From positions 19,577,118 to 19,641,117 of the forward strand of contig JAUZTB010000027.1 in NCBI GenBank assembly GCA_034780895.1: a DNA stretch of 64,000 nucleotides, read 5' to 3'. The notes under the pieces are model-generated. The model was not told the DNA's origin and made no database searches. It saw nothing but the letters and a program-made list of their open reading frames with translations. Below, piece by piece: positions 38,779 through 51,786 of the stretch. How positions within the stretch are numbered: the stretch's first letter is position 1; the number at the start of each line of letters is the position of its first letter. The stretch is from Rhynchobatus australiae. Lineage: Eukaryota. The position numbers and the translations under genes were made by a program.

Positions 38779-40994
38779 AAGTGAGGGTACCTCCCTTCTA
38801 TTCCCACTGACATTTTTAGATATGGAGCCAGTTGAGGACATTAAATATCTCTCTTAGTTATTGTTCCTTTAGTGTTTGATCTCAGTGTTGGGTTGTAGAA
38901 GTGGATTTCCTGCCTTGTGCCAGCATCACAGGACATCCTCTCGGGCCTCTAAATCCTGTAAGTTGACCTCAAAATATACGTGGGCATTTGCAAGCTCACT
39001 CCCTCACCTCTGTAACCTCTCCATTCACCATTGCTTTGGGTGTCTGACTGACATGGAAAGTCTAGTAAATAATCAAAAGCAATATAAAGCATGTTTTTTT
39101 AAAAGATAACATTATTTCTACATTTTGTGTTTTTAATTAGATAAAATAATTAAACCTAAGCATACCTAGCCCTTTGCTCTTTAGACATCTTCTTCTGATG
39201 TCCCATTGAAATCAAGATTGACATCAGGATCCGAGGGATGATTCACCAACAGAAATCCTGAGGAATCCCAGCGAAACTGGGTTCTGATGCTGGTCTCTAT
39301 GGTTCCATGCATTACAAGTCCAAAACCTATTCAGTCTGAATGTTGGAACATCAGTGTTCCAAGCACAGTTTAGCCCAATGTGATCTTTGGGAAGAAATGC
39401 AGTGATATTTTAAATATATTTCCCTTGTGAGAAGCTATGACATGGCACTTTTGATGCAGTTCTCAGCAACTCAAGCTTTTAAAATCTTTGTAATTTAGCA
39501 GATGACCTAATTGGAAATGGAAAAGAAAGTCTGGGTGATTGCTCATTTGGGAACAACTATATCTTTAAAACAATGTGAATGGTAGATCTGAAAAATGACT
39601 CAACTACAAGCGTTGATAGNNNNNNNNNNNNNNNNNNNNNNNNNNNNNNNNNNNNNNNNNNNNNNNNNNNNNNNNNNNNNNNNNNNNNNNNNNNNNNNNN
39701 NNNNNNNNNNNNNNNNNNNNNNNNNNNNNNNNNNNNNNNNNNNNNNNNNNNNNNNNNNNNNNNNNNNNNNNNNNNNNNNNNNNNNNNNNNNNNNNNNNNN
39801 NNNNNNNNNNNNNNNNNNNNNNNNNNNNNNNNNNNNNNNNNNNNNNNNNNNNNNNNNNNNNNNNNNNNNNNNNNNNNNNNNNNNNNNNNNNNNNNNNNNN
39901 NNNNNNNNNNNNNNNNNNNNNNNNNNNNNNNNNNNNNNNNNNNNNNNNNNNNNNNNNNNNNNNNNNNNNNNNNNNNNNNNNNNNNNNNNNNNNNNNNNNN
40001 NNNNNNNNNNNNNNNNNNNNNNNNNNNNNNNNNNNNNNNNNNNNCATGGAATATTTTGCATCCACCTGAAACTATATTTTTTGATTTTGTATTATATTAG
40101 TGTTACTGTTGTGGTTGGACTGTTTTAATAATGAAAATGGAGCTGATCAAGGCATTTAATGTGGGTTGGATTTCTAATCCTCATGGAAATAGATTTTGGA
40201 AGAATTTGCAGAGATTCTGAAAAAGCTGACATTGCAGTAAAATTGCTGAGACATACAAATCAACAAAACTTTACAAATGAGCCATTGTGTGAAGGGGTGG
40301 CAATCTTTAGTGCAGGCTTCATCTCACTTCATTATGGCAACTCTGCCTCCACATTTGCCAGCTCATTTGGCTAGAGGGTTCATCCTGCAATTACCTTTGT
40401 CTGAATTCCTTGAACCATTTGTTAGTTCACAAACCTAGTGGTTCTGAATCCTGTTTTTCCTTCTCCCAAATGATTTCATTTCCTCAAGTTGAGCAATATT
40501 AAATCTGAAGGTTGATAGACTTTCAATTTCAGTCATCCATTGCCAACATCAGGCAATCCAGCTCATTGTTATTTTTCTCCGAATCCCCATGATCTCCTTA
40601 GACTTGTCTGAATGACATTACCAATTGTCATCCATTAAGAGCAGTATTGTGATGAACTAGGAATGATTTGAGTCTGTCCTGGAAGAATCTCCACTGGAAA
40701 CAAATAAAGCCTTTTAATTAGCCTAGATTTTGATTTTCAACAAGCTTCTTAAGTGAGAAGCTAGTGTCTAGTCCATTGTGTCACCAAGGTTCGTACTCCA
40801 GACATGGAATCTTTGTGTCTGAGTTGTTTTGCCACTACGTAGTCCTGAACATATCAAGATTTCCTGTGCCAATTGATAAACTATCAGAAAAATAAACAGG
40901 AGAGTAAGAATGTGACAATGCACACCTCTAACAAATCGTTGCCTATTATGGAGGCTGGTTCAATACTGTCACTCACCCTACCAACTCTTCTCCT

Positions 40995-41990
40995 GAATAT
41001 CCAGGGATAACACCGGGGTACAGTCCCATAGTGGATTATTGACCCAGAGTTCAAATCCCCCCATTGAATTTAAATTCAAGTAATTAACTCTAGAGTTTAA
41101 AGAAAAGTCTCACTAATGGTAATGATGGAACCAATGGATTGATAGAAAAAAAAAGCATTCCAATTTACTACTGTCCCCAGGGAAAGAAATGTGCCATTAT
41201 TTAAATTCATTTTTGAGATCTGGTGTCATTGGAAAGGTCAGGAATTATTGCCAATCTCTAGATGCCCTTGAGAAACTGGTGGTTAACTGCCTTCTCAAAT
41301 CACTGGAGTCTTTCTAGTAGAGTTACTCCCATTGTCCACTTAAGTAAGGAGTTCCATGATTTAGATCCAGCAACGCTGAAGGACCAGTGATATTTCCAAA
41401 TCACAATGGTCTGCATTTTGTAGATGGTGAACATTGTTCACCAACATTCATGGAGGGAATGAATGTTTAGGGTAATGAACAGGGTACCAATCAAATGGCA
41501 TGCTTTGTCCTAGGTGTTGTTGAGCTGCTTGAGAAATGTTGGAGCTGCACTCATCCAGACAAGTGGAGAGTATTCTTTTACGCCTCTGACTTGTGGCATG
41601 TGGATGGTGGAAGTGCCTTGGGATCACCACAGGATAACTAACCTTCCTCTGACCTGCTGTTGGAGACGCGTTATTTATGTGACTAATCCAGATGAGTTTT
41701 TAATCATGTGATGAACTTGGCAATAAAAATGCATTTGAATGTCAAGGGTAGGTGATAAGACATTCTCGTGGTGGAGATGGTCATTGGCTGGCACTTCTGT
41801 GGCATAAATGATAGTTGCCATTTATTAGCCCATACCTGAATTTGTTTAGGTCGTGATGTATACACACGTGGGCTATTTCATTTGCTGACTGGCAATGCCA
41901 GACAAATCATGTTGTTGAATCTTAACTGCCTGCTCGTTTTAGGACAAGTAGGGATGGGCGGTAACATCGACATCCTGAATGAATAAATTC
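40995..41990. mobile_element. Old tRNA-type SINE (+; about 40995-41200 and 41900-41990) interrupted by a minus-strand LINE 3' end (about 41205-41890)
   Basis: The SINE head gagttcaaatccc...cagggaaagaaatgtgcc resumes as cttaactgcc...agggatgggc...catcctgaatgaataaa. The insert begins with the reverse complement of a similar tail (attcatttttgagat...attgccaatctctagatgcccttgagaa) and encodes QQHLGQSMPFDWYP-type LINE C-terminal sequence. Confidence 0.55.
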
Positions 41991-43569
41991 TAAAAAGTTG
42001 AAGTGGCAGAGCTGTAATTTGCCTGCTTTCTGCTTGGGGAATTTGATAAAGCCCAGTGGCAAATGTCAGCTAAACATTTTGGCTCTGAAGGAAAGCTCTC
42101 ATAATTAATCATTGCAAATAATTTGAAAACCTGTTGATTTTGTGCAGCCTTGAACATTGTTCAAATGAAATTTGTTTCTTGCAACCAGTCACATATGATT
42201 TGAATCACTAATTAGTGACAACTCATCTTGGGATGTCAAGGTGCATTCTTAAGAAGGACTCTCTGATCATGAGAGAGGTTAGTCCTCTAATTTTAAGAAC
42301 TGAGAAATGTTAAAATCTAAGCACAGGGTAATAATATTAATTATACCAATCAACAACAGATCTGAGGAACAACTATGAAGTTTTCTAATGCTAACCAGCA
42401 TGCTTCAAGGGTAATAACTGCCATTCTGGAATTTAGCTTCTTTGTTGTGTTCAGGTCTTGAGTTAGTGGTCCTGGCAAGTGNNNNNNNNNNNNNNNNNNN
42501 NNNNNNNNNNNNNNNNNNNNNNNNNNNNNNNNNNNNNNNNNNNNNNNNNNNNNNNNNNNNNNNNNNNNNNNNNNNNNNNNNNNNNNNNNNNNNNNNNNNN
42601 NNNNNNNNNNNNNNNNNNNNNNNNNNNNNNNNNNNNNNNNNNNNNNNNNNNNNNNNNNNNNNNNNNNNNNNNNNNNNNNNNNNNNNNNNNNNNNNNNNNN
42701 NNNNNNNNNNGTCCTTTTTAATAATATTTTATTCATATTGTTACTTTTGGGGGTTTTAAAAATATTTTACCACAGAGGTCAGATATTGCCTTTTTAATAA
42801 TTCTGCATGTAAGGGTGATGTCTGTGCAGAAGAAGTTCACTGTAACATACAGGGAGTACTGATGCACATTCCCTGGGCATCTTGATTTGATTAATTTGAT
42901 AATGAACCAAACCCCATCAGAGGACAAAAACATTAGTGAGCACTGCTGGCAGAGTTGGCCTGGAATGGGCCTCAAAAGGTTTCTGCTATGAAAATATTCT
43001 CCACTGATATTATGTTTAATTTCCTTCCTCATAATGATTATGATTTCAGTTAGAACTCAAGACTCCTTGTGGTTGGGGCTCTGCCATAAAGCAGCCAAAG
43101 GTCTTTTGTTTGTTAAAACAGAGATGGCCTGGATTTATGGGTCAGCACCAAAGTAATTTCTTGAGAAGAATCAAGTATCATGAGTAATGTTTAGAGTGTG
43201 CGCAGATTGATTGTGTGTTTCATTAACACTTTCATCACCTTTTCTTCATTATTTTAACTCCTTCTGCATCTTAATAAACTTGTGCAGACTTAATAACCTA
43301 ATATACTGAGTTAGTGTTTAAATTAATTATTTGGCATCAAAAGGACATTGCATCATACCTATTATAATGTGCAATTAATGGTTCAGGGTGACTAGTATTA
43401 ACATTTATCTTAATGGTATCGAGGTTTTTGTGGGATTGGGGTTGGGCTGTGCTCTTCAGGTTCTACTTACAGGACCAGAATTTTTTAGTTTATCATTAAC
43501 CTAAACATTAAATAAAAGTGTTTTTGAAATAGCCAGTGTTAAAAGGCAAACTTTTTGTCCTCACATAGC

Positions 43570-43900
43570 ACAGCAACACCTTGAATTATATCACTTTCAA
43601 CATTACAAAACACCCCAATGCGCTTCACAGTGATGGTATGAACCAAATTTAAAACTAATACATGTGAACATATTGGGAGATGGTCTGAGCAATAGTCTCC
43701 TGAAGGGGGACCGAGAAGTAGACGAAGGGAATTTCAGGACCCAGAGAGCTGAATGCACATCAGTGGATCAATTAAAGTGACAAGTACTGGATGAGTTCAG
43801 AATTACTGGAGGTCAGCAGGGAGAATTTATAGTGATAAAGATCATTGGGGAAATTGAAAACAAGGGTGAAAATTATAAAATCAACCTGTTGGTGGTCTTG
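43570..43900 (-). mobile_element. L2 LINE 3' end, decayed
   Basis: caacaccttgaattatatcactttcaacattacaaaacaccccaatgcgcttcacag is the reverse complement of the L2 tail seen at 34740-34803. Confidence 0.55.
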
Positions 43901-44354
43901 GTGGGTGGTGTGTTCCTGGAAATCAGGCTGTAGCACAATTTTCCATAAAGCAAAGCCGTGTCATCGGTGCATGTGTCAAGAATGTGAATTGATAAACAAA
44001 ATTACTTTACTGTTGATTCATTTCTTTTTTCCTCACATAAATTCTGTGAGAGTGAATTCTATTCCATATCTCAAATATTTGGGCAGTGATCTGTGATTTC
44101 CATAAGGATGAATTTCCACAACCTGAACAGCCGTAGCACCGGAGTCGCCTGTGCTGCCATCCACCTTCTGCTTCAAGCAATATAGTGACTCCCCACTGAC
44201 CCCAAGTAAGTGTGCAGCAAAGCAATTAGATTGTGTCTGCACCAGTAAATTATAAAAGTAGAATCCAAAGCTGGCCGAGAAAGTCTTCATGGCAGGGATC
44301 CTCCAAATGGAATAATCCCTACCCTGCATTCCTATACTAAATTTAAAACAAAAG

Positions 44355-44647
44355 GTAGATATTGTTATTAGTCACATGTACATCGAAACACACAGTGAAG
44401 TGCATCTTTTTGTGTAGAGTGTTCTGGGGGCAGCCTGCAAGTGTCGCCACGCTTCCAGCGCCAACGTAGCACACCCGCAACTTCCTAACCCGTATGTCTT
44501 TGGAATGTGGGAGGAAACCAGAGCACCCGGAGGAAACCCATGCAGATGTGGGGAGAACGTACAATCTCCTTACAGACAATGGCCGGATTTGAACCCAGGT
44601 TGCTGGCACTGTAAAACGTTACACTAACCACTACGTTACCGTCCCCC
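44355..44647 (-). mobile_element. tRNA-derived V-SINE, full length, relatively young
   Basis: The reverse complement reads acggtaacgtagtggttagtgtaacg (A-box)...ctgggttcaaatcc (B-box)...gtaaggagattgtacgttctcccc (V domain)...atgtacatgtgactaataa. Confidence 0.85.
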
Positions 44648-45049
44648 CCTAAGTATAATCACCATAAAGCATTAGCAGTGAGCAAGAATTGCACTTCTTA
44701 GCCATAGCTCTGCAAGCTTGTTACAATTTTCAACCCACAAGGATGATGTCATTCCCCCTACTGCTCTCGTTTAGGAGCATCACAGGGGAATCTAGACCAC
44801 ATTGTTTGTGGTGTGCCAATCATTGGGCAGTCCTGGGATAATTCAGTCTCACCTGCACAGCTCTGGCTTAGTCGGAGGCTCCATTCACTCATCTAGGGCG
44901 ACAGCTGCGTGTCATGTCTGTTCAACTGATAAGAATAGAAGTTTAGCCCAGAATAAATACTTTCCTGGCAGGGAGAAGATGATGTTTTTAAGCTGTTTCT
45001 TCTATCTCATTGTGTGAGTTTTAAAAGAAAACAATATTGTGTGCTACGG

Positions 45050-45495
45050 ATGGCACAGTAATGTAGTGGTTAGTGTAACACTATTACAGCACCAGCAACC
45101 TGGGCTCAATTCCGCTGCTCTCTGTAAGGAGTTTGTACATTCTCCCTATTTCTGTGTGGGTTTCCTCTGGGTGCCTCTGTTTCCTCCCACATTCCAAAGA
45201 TGTACAGGTTAGGAAGTTGTGGGCATGTTATGTTGGTGCCGGAAGCATGGTNNNNNNNNNNNNNNNNNNNNNNNNNNNNNNNNNNNNNNNNNNNNNNNNN
45301 NNNNNNNNNNNNNNNNNNNNNNNNNNNNNNNNNNNNNNNNNNNNNNNNNNNGTACAGGTTAGGAAGTTGTGGGCATGTTATGTTGGTGCCGGAAGCATGG
45401 TGACACTTGAGGGCTGCCCCCAGCACATTCTCAGTAATGCAAAAATATGCATTTCACTGTGTGTTTCGATGTGCTTGTGAATAATAAATAAGTAT
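45050..45495 (+). mobile_element. tRNA-derived V-SINE, same family, containing a spurious 100-N gap
   Basis: ggcacagtaatgtagtggttagtgtaac...ctgggctcaattcc...gtaaggagtttgtacattctcccc...; 50 bp are duplicated across the gap. Confidence 0.85.
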
Positions 45496-45589
45496 CATAT
45501 TTTGTCTTATTTGTCCCTCTAACAATTGATAATATTTAGTGAATAACATTATCACAGGAGTGTAACTTAAATTACTCAATCCATATTAA

Positions 45590-46480
45590 ATTGAAAATTG
45601 CAGATGCTGGAAACACTCAGCTGGTCAGTCAGCATTTATGGGAAAAACACAATTTAGCCACCGTGGAACTGGCAAGTTCTGATGCAAACAGTGAATGAGT
45701 TACCAGAAACTGTTCAATTCCTAACTGGGTCAGGAAGGCTGCAATGTACCCAGACTGAAGATGAGATGCTGTTTCTCAAGCTCACATTGTTATAACAGTC
45801 CAGGACGCCACAGATGGAGAGGTCAGAGTGGGAGCAGGAAGGGGAATTAAAGTGACCAGGGCATGCATCACTCTGCAGATGAAAAGCAGTCACCAAGTCT
45901 GAGTTTGATTTCCCCACTCTAGAGGACCCAACATTGTGAACACTGAAGACAGTACATTAGATAGGAAGAAGTGCAAGTGACTCACTGCTTCAGCTGGAAG
46001 GATAGTTTGAGTCCTTGGATTGTGAGAAGGCAAGAAGTAAAAGGACAGGTGTTGCATTTTCTGCAGTTGCATAGGAAAGTGATGATGTGAGATGGGGAAT
46101 GGTAGGTGGGGATGGAAGAGTAGACCAGGGGAATGCTGACAGGGGAGGGAAAGAGGTCTGGTGGTGAACCTCATTAAGTTAGTAGAAACTGCAGAGGATG
46201 AACCTCTGAACATGGAGGCTGGTAGGGTGGAACCTGAAAATCCGAGCTCTATTTCTGCTCTGTCCAGGAGGAGAGGGGATGAGAGCAGAGGTGTGGGAAA
46301 TAGATGAGATATGGCCAAGGGNNNNNNNNNNNNNNNNNNNNNNNNNNNNNNNNNNNNNNNNNNNNNNNNNNNNNNNNNNNNNNNNNNNNNNNNNNNNNNN
46401 NNNNNNNNNNNNNNNNNNNNNAGAGGGGATGAGAGCAGAGGTGTGGGAAATAGATGAGATATGGCCAAGGGCTCTGCCAA
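45590..46480 (-). mobile_element. Penelope-like element 3' part (GIY-YIG endonuclease remnant plus terminus)
   Basis: The minus-strand peptide GHFNSPSCSHSDLSICGVLDCYN resembles vertebrate Penelope HFNSxSHSHSDMSVxGLLHC. The family terminus tgcagatgctggaaacactcagc lies at about 45600. Confidence 0.7.
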
Positions 46481-49400
46481 CTTTGTAAAATATATCATTT
46501 CCATAATCATGGGTATTTTATTCACTGAGCAAACTGCTTTTGCCAATGACAGAACTTCTGCTAAAAATTACACTTTGCTGCATTTAACATAGAACAAGTA
46601 CACCAAAGAGAAGGTCACTAAAGAATTGGATTCTTTACTTAATGAGAAACAAGAGTGTGCTTGTTTTTTTTACCAAAAGGAATGGCCTGGAAAGAAAATC
46701 ACATTCCCAGAAATAGTGTTGTGGCTATGCATTCCTGGTAATTTGTTAGGATGGTATTAACTTAGTTAAAAAAAAATGAATTGACTAGCCTCCCCCAGAT
46801 TCTTCTTGTAAAACATTCAAAGCTGTGCGGCTAAACAGCTTCTACACTGTATTTTAAAATTGCACATGCTATTTGCTGAGAACCATAAGCAATTTAATAA
46901 GTGTAACTAGGCCCATGGAGGAAGATTTCCTGTATACTGGCTAGAACAAAATCGTAAACCAGTTTATAAAGGACATAGAGGAAAGGAAATCTTTTCCTAC
47001 TTCTGTGATGAATTGAAAGTGATAGCAGACTTAACGAACATCCATTTGCACTGGATATCAGTTAATTTCAATGTAAATTAAGAACAGTTATTGGAAGCAC
47101 TTAAGTTTGTTATGGTGTGTCAGAACAGGGTGTCTCCCATGCACTAGATCAAGAAGCTCAATCTTAACACTGTCATGAGAGAGAGCCAAGACTCTGCGCT
47201 TTCAAAATGAAGGTAAGTGCCTTTACAATAAGTTCTGGACAAATAACTGTGCTCTTAAAAGTACAAACTGCTTGAAAATAATGGTTGTTGAAATATTTCT
47301 TCTCACCTCCCACTAATATGTACAGTAAGTACTAAATTCAAATGGAGAACAAGTCTCAGAGCCAATTATGCTTCCTACAGCAACTCCTGTAAGTTGTCTG
47401 TTGGCAAAACTAAATTTAACTCCTCCTCAAGCTAAGCCTTAAAAGTACTGTTTTTGTTTTGTTGTGGCATAAATTAAAAGTCATTTCTAGCCGTACTCCT
47501 ACTCTCAGCTCCTGCCAGGAGTTCCCAGCTGACAATTCCTGGAATTACTGTTTGGTTCCCATAGAAAAATTCTAAATTCAACCTTGGAAGAGATTTGTGT
47601 CCACCCCCAATCCCTCCTGGGAATTGTTAATGGCTATTTAGTATATCTATTTAGTATATCAGCTACTTGGTCAGGCACGTAACCAGTGTCCATCAAGCCA
47701 TGCACAGGTGACACTGAGCTAGAGCAACTTCTGCCTTAAAACAATGTAGCCAAAAATGCATTGTTTCAATCACCTTAACTCTATTAGCCGTGCAGTGAGT
47801 GACACTGTTACTTTTTAATTCAAACTATTTTCTTGCTGATTTTTTTTTGAGTGCATTGCTGATCTGAGCAGCAAAGTACTGGATCCAAAAATGTTTAAAA
47901 AGTCATCAATATCCTTTAAAAAAGATGTTTGAGTAATTCATAAAGACTGAACTTGGTAATTACATGGACATATTTGAATTTATTACAAGAAATGAAAGGA
48001 ACTTTCACTTCTTGTAATAAAGCAAGTGGCTTCAATTCTTGGAACATGTTACACTTCTTCAAACTACATGATTTCAAACCATTCATCAGGCCAGAACCTT
48101 TTAAAATAGCCTGATGTCAATTAAATATCTGCTTTCTCAGCAGCTGAACACATTTTCATATTTTCCCACCTATTTTCAGTTGCTTGCCTTTAAATGAGTT
48201 TCTACCCCTGCCCTAGGAACCTTTGTATCAATCCACCTTTCCCTTTTAAAAACTGCATTGAAATATACCTGTTCCAGACAAGCTTTTCGTCCCCCTTCTT
48301 GCCTTTCCCTGTTTAGAATCTGTTCATCTTAAAGGGATCATGTAAATGGAAGTTGGTGTATAGGTATGACGCAAGCAATTGGTACTTGCAAGTCACTGAC
48401 TTGGATTTTCCTGAGTCAGACCTGTTGCTTGTACATCACTCTCCCCATTCCCTCGAACCTGCTTCTCCAAATCTGGGAGGCTAATCTCACTGGCCCAGTC
48501 GACTTTGGATCTCTGTGGTGGCAGGGCTTCAAGCGATATAATGGGGTCACCTGGGGAGCTCAAATCAAGCCCTGCCCAAACCACCCCCCCCCCCCCCCCC
48601 CCCCCCCCCCCNNNNNNNNNNCAATAAAACATTTAAAAACTACTAAACAAAACATAACATTTAATAATATTCCTATCTAACAATCAATAAAAAACACTTT
48701 TGATGAATTAAAAACATTAAACAAAATGTAAATAACTTAAAACTATCGTGCACTTCATTCTTGCCTTTCTTCCCTGCAGCCCGATAATTCTCCATTCCAT
48801 CCAACAGGTTCCCAGAACCCATGCCAAGTCTAACCTAGCACTGGTTCTGAGGGCAAACCTACAAGTGTAAGTGATGGGAAATCTCAGCAAACTCCTGTTT
48901 CTCTGCTGGATTCTATTAGGAGACCAGCAGGAGGGCACACCCAGGAAACTGACAGCAGAGCTCAGACAGTAAGTTTGGCACCTCCACAGGTGTAGCAGAG
49001 TCCTGAAGTTTACGATGCTGGTGCTGAAAAATGCTGACATTTCCACACAGCAAAAACCAAGCCACTAAATAAATTGAGGTGGCAAGATCTTGATATTTGT
49101 ATGCATTCCAATTATTTATTTTTAATCTGGACAAGTTCTTGGTGCCCCAGTGCCTGAAATCATTACTGGTACACAATGCAGTTTGTACTAAGTCTCTTAA
49201 TTGCAGTCAAGGCAACATTATAGTCACAACTGTCAGCCTTTAAGCTTGTAGGAGAATGCACTGCCAGGCTTCCTGCTTCTGATCCAGTGACCCCTACTTA
49301 TAAGTTGCATGGTGTGAGGNNNNNNNNNNNNNNNNNNNNNNNNNNNNNNNNNNNNNNNNNNNNNNNNNNNNNNNNNNNNNNNNNNNNNNNNNNNNNNNNN

Positions 49401-49949
49401 NNNNNNNNNNNNNNNNNNNGGTGCATGGTGTGAGGCTGGAATATTTCCCACTGTCAAAAGATCTGCTACCACTCACCACCTAGGGTCTCACGTGGAAATT
49501 GGCTAATTGAGGGCAGTTGGCAACTGTGAAATTATAGACGCAAATGCAAGTCAGCACCTTAAGAATGGAAGAAAAGTTTAATAATATGAATTGAATTGCT
49601 CTTTTCCAAGCTGAACCATGAAACAATAATGGCAACAAATCCTAATGCTGGAACAGTAGTGAGTAGTAAAGTAGGCATTTATAAAAATTAAATTTAAACA
49701 TTTGTTACATTAGTTCCAGACATGTTGGGAAGGCATTTTCCATACTCCCAATCTAGTTAAGAAACTAAGTTATTTTGTGCCCTAAAAAGCTGATGTTATC
49801 ATTCAGATTGGGTGTTCTCCTCCTCCTTGACATCAACCTGAATGAAAACGCTCACAGCAGCTTAAAAACATAAACATACCTCAAGTGCTCTCGAGTCTTG
49901 AGTGCCTGATCCAGGCTCCCTTCCACCATCTATTCTTCTCTACAAAATA

Positions 49950-50580
49950 CTGTATATGTCACATTTAGAAATTCAAGGATTATTTTCACTCTTTCCCCAT
50001 TGTTTCATTCACAGGTAGAGCCTTCCTTATCAGCCTCCACCTATATTTCCCTTCTCCACTAATCCAATTTACTGTTGTGTCTGCCCTCTGGAAAAAGCTC
50101 TCTCCCAATTTATTTGGATCTGCACTGTCAAAATCTCAACAATCTACCTTCTGGTCTTCCATTCTCCACAACAGTTCAGGCTGCACCGATGTGTCCAGCC
50201 AAACTTGTGCTTTACCTTTGATATTCTGGTCAAGGTTAGAACTGTTACCTCTTTCTCACCATGGCTGTCCTCTGGTGGTTTCCACATCTCTGGCCCCTTA
50301 TATCCAAGGAGCACAGACCTAAATGGAAGTAGTGGGCAGCTAATTTAGTCATTCACTGTCAGTTCTCACCAGGTCACATAAGGCATATTAAGCCCTTATC
50401 TCGTATATCAAAGTTGCTCACTCTTCCAGCTACGTTAAACTGTACTTGGCTGATTCTATTCTGGTCCATCCAATTAAGGTTCATTGAGTCCAGCAATAAC
50501 TTCTCTCCCTATGGTCACATTATTACTTCTGATGTACCACAAGGAGCTGTCCTCTCTCCCTTTTATTTCTGATCTTCGGA
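49950..50580 (+). mobile_element. L2-like LINE RT fragment, decayed
   Basis: acttctgatgtaccacaaggagctgtcctctctccctttttattt encodes TSDVPQGAVLSPFLF, the RT motif GVPQGSVLGPLLF. Confidence 0.55.
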
Positions 50581-50904
50581 AGATCTTCTAAGCAGAAATT
50601 TCCTCTAACTAAATATTGGAAGAAAGAAGCCACTGGGCTGGCACATATGGCCAACCAGTCAGCAGCTCTGTAGAGAAGCCCCAGCTGGCTGTAGTATGTG
50701 TGACAGTGGGTTCCAGATTTCTGTATCTGCACACTACAAAGCCATTGTGTCTGGGAGTGTTCCATAAGTAGCAAAGCCAAGGGATCAGACACACTGTTTA
50801 TCTGGCCCCTCAGCTTTATGCCAACCACAGCTGGTTCAACTTTTTTTTTAAATGTCATTGACTTTTATTAGAAAATAAGTTTAGGTTGGTAGAATGTTTA
50901 TTGT

Positions 50905-51378
50905 TTCAAAGTCAAAGTCAAATTTATTGTCATATGCACAGTTGTAATAAAAAGCTTACTTGCAGCAGCATCACAGGCACATAGCATCATATAAGCAGCA
51001 TTCACAAGAATAACATAAATTAAACATAAATTATACACAATTTTTACAAGAAAAGCAACACAATTAGAACAAAAAAAGTCCATTTCATTGCAAAGTGATC
51101 AGAGTGGTTATAGTGTTGCTAAACTGCAGTGGCAATTAGGATCTTGCCAGTTGGTTCAAGAACCGAATGGTTTAAGGGAAATAGCTGTTCTTGAACCTGG
51201 TGGCGTGGGACTTCAGACTTCTGTACCTCCTGCCTGATGTAGCTGTGAGAAGGTGACATGGCCCGGATGGTGGGGATCTTTGATAATGGATGTTGCCTTC
51301 TTGATGCAGTGCCTCCTGTAGATACTACCGATGGTGGGGAGGGATGTGCCCCTGATGTATTGGGCAGAGTCCACTTTA
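50905..51378 (-). mobile_element. Rex1/Babar-type LINE 3' end
   Basis: Highly similar to 6421-6860 (tcaaagtcaaagtcaaatttattgtcatatgcac...gttcaagaaccgaatggtt..agggaa.tagctgttcttgaacctgg). Confidence 0.85.
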
Positions 51379-51684
51379 GTGCAGGAAAGTGGTGCTGAGA
51401 TGGTAGATAACCTACAATCCCATTGAATGGCCTCCTCCTGCTTCTACTGCTATGACCATAAACTATTCCCACAGGCAGCCACTCTAACTGCCTCTTTGGC
51501 AACCATCTGAAGCTGAACCAGACTGTTGATATACACCTATGTCCACCTCTCTAATGATCCCTAAGTTAATTCCAGCCTCAGCTCACCAGCAGTGGAAACC
51601 CTTATTCATGCCTTTGTCACATCCATTCTTCACGATTCCAACACATACCAGGTCCGCCACTTTCGTCATGTGAAGATTTTAGAA

Positions 51685-51786
51685 TATCTGCAGATGCTGG
51701 AAATCTGAAAGAAAAATGAAAAATGCTAGAAAAGCTCAGCAAGTCAGGCAGCATCTGTGGAAGAAAGAACAGTTCCAGCATCTGCA
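51685..51786 (-). mobile_element. Penelope-like terminus with a short inverted tail
   Basis: tgcagatgctggaa at the left end and its reverse complement ttccagcatctgca at the right end flank the family terminus. Confidence 0.65.

Noticed and set aside
39185-39290. Good acceptor (ccctttgctctttag) 4 kb after the ZFHX3 exon
   Set aside because: There is an early in-frame stop in the required phase, and no recognisable peptide.
45202-46471. Apparent 50-bp direct repeats
   Set aside because: They sit exactly on either side of 100-N gaps, so they are contig-overlap artefacts.
48583-48611. Poly-C tract encoding a proline run in ORF 48366-48680
   Set aside because: It is a homopolymer at a contig end next to Ns, with unreliable length and no coding evidence.
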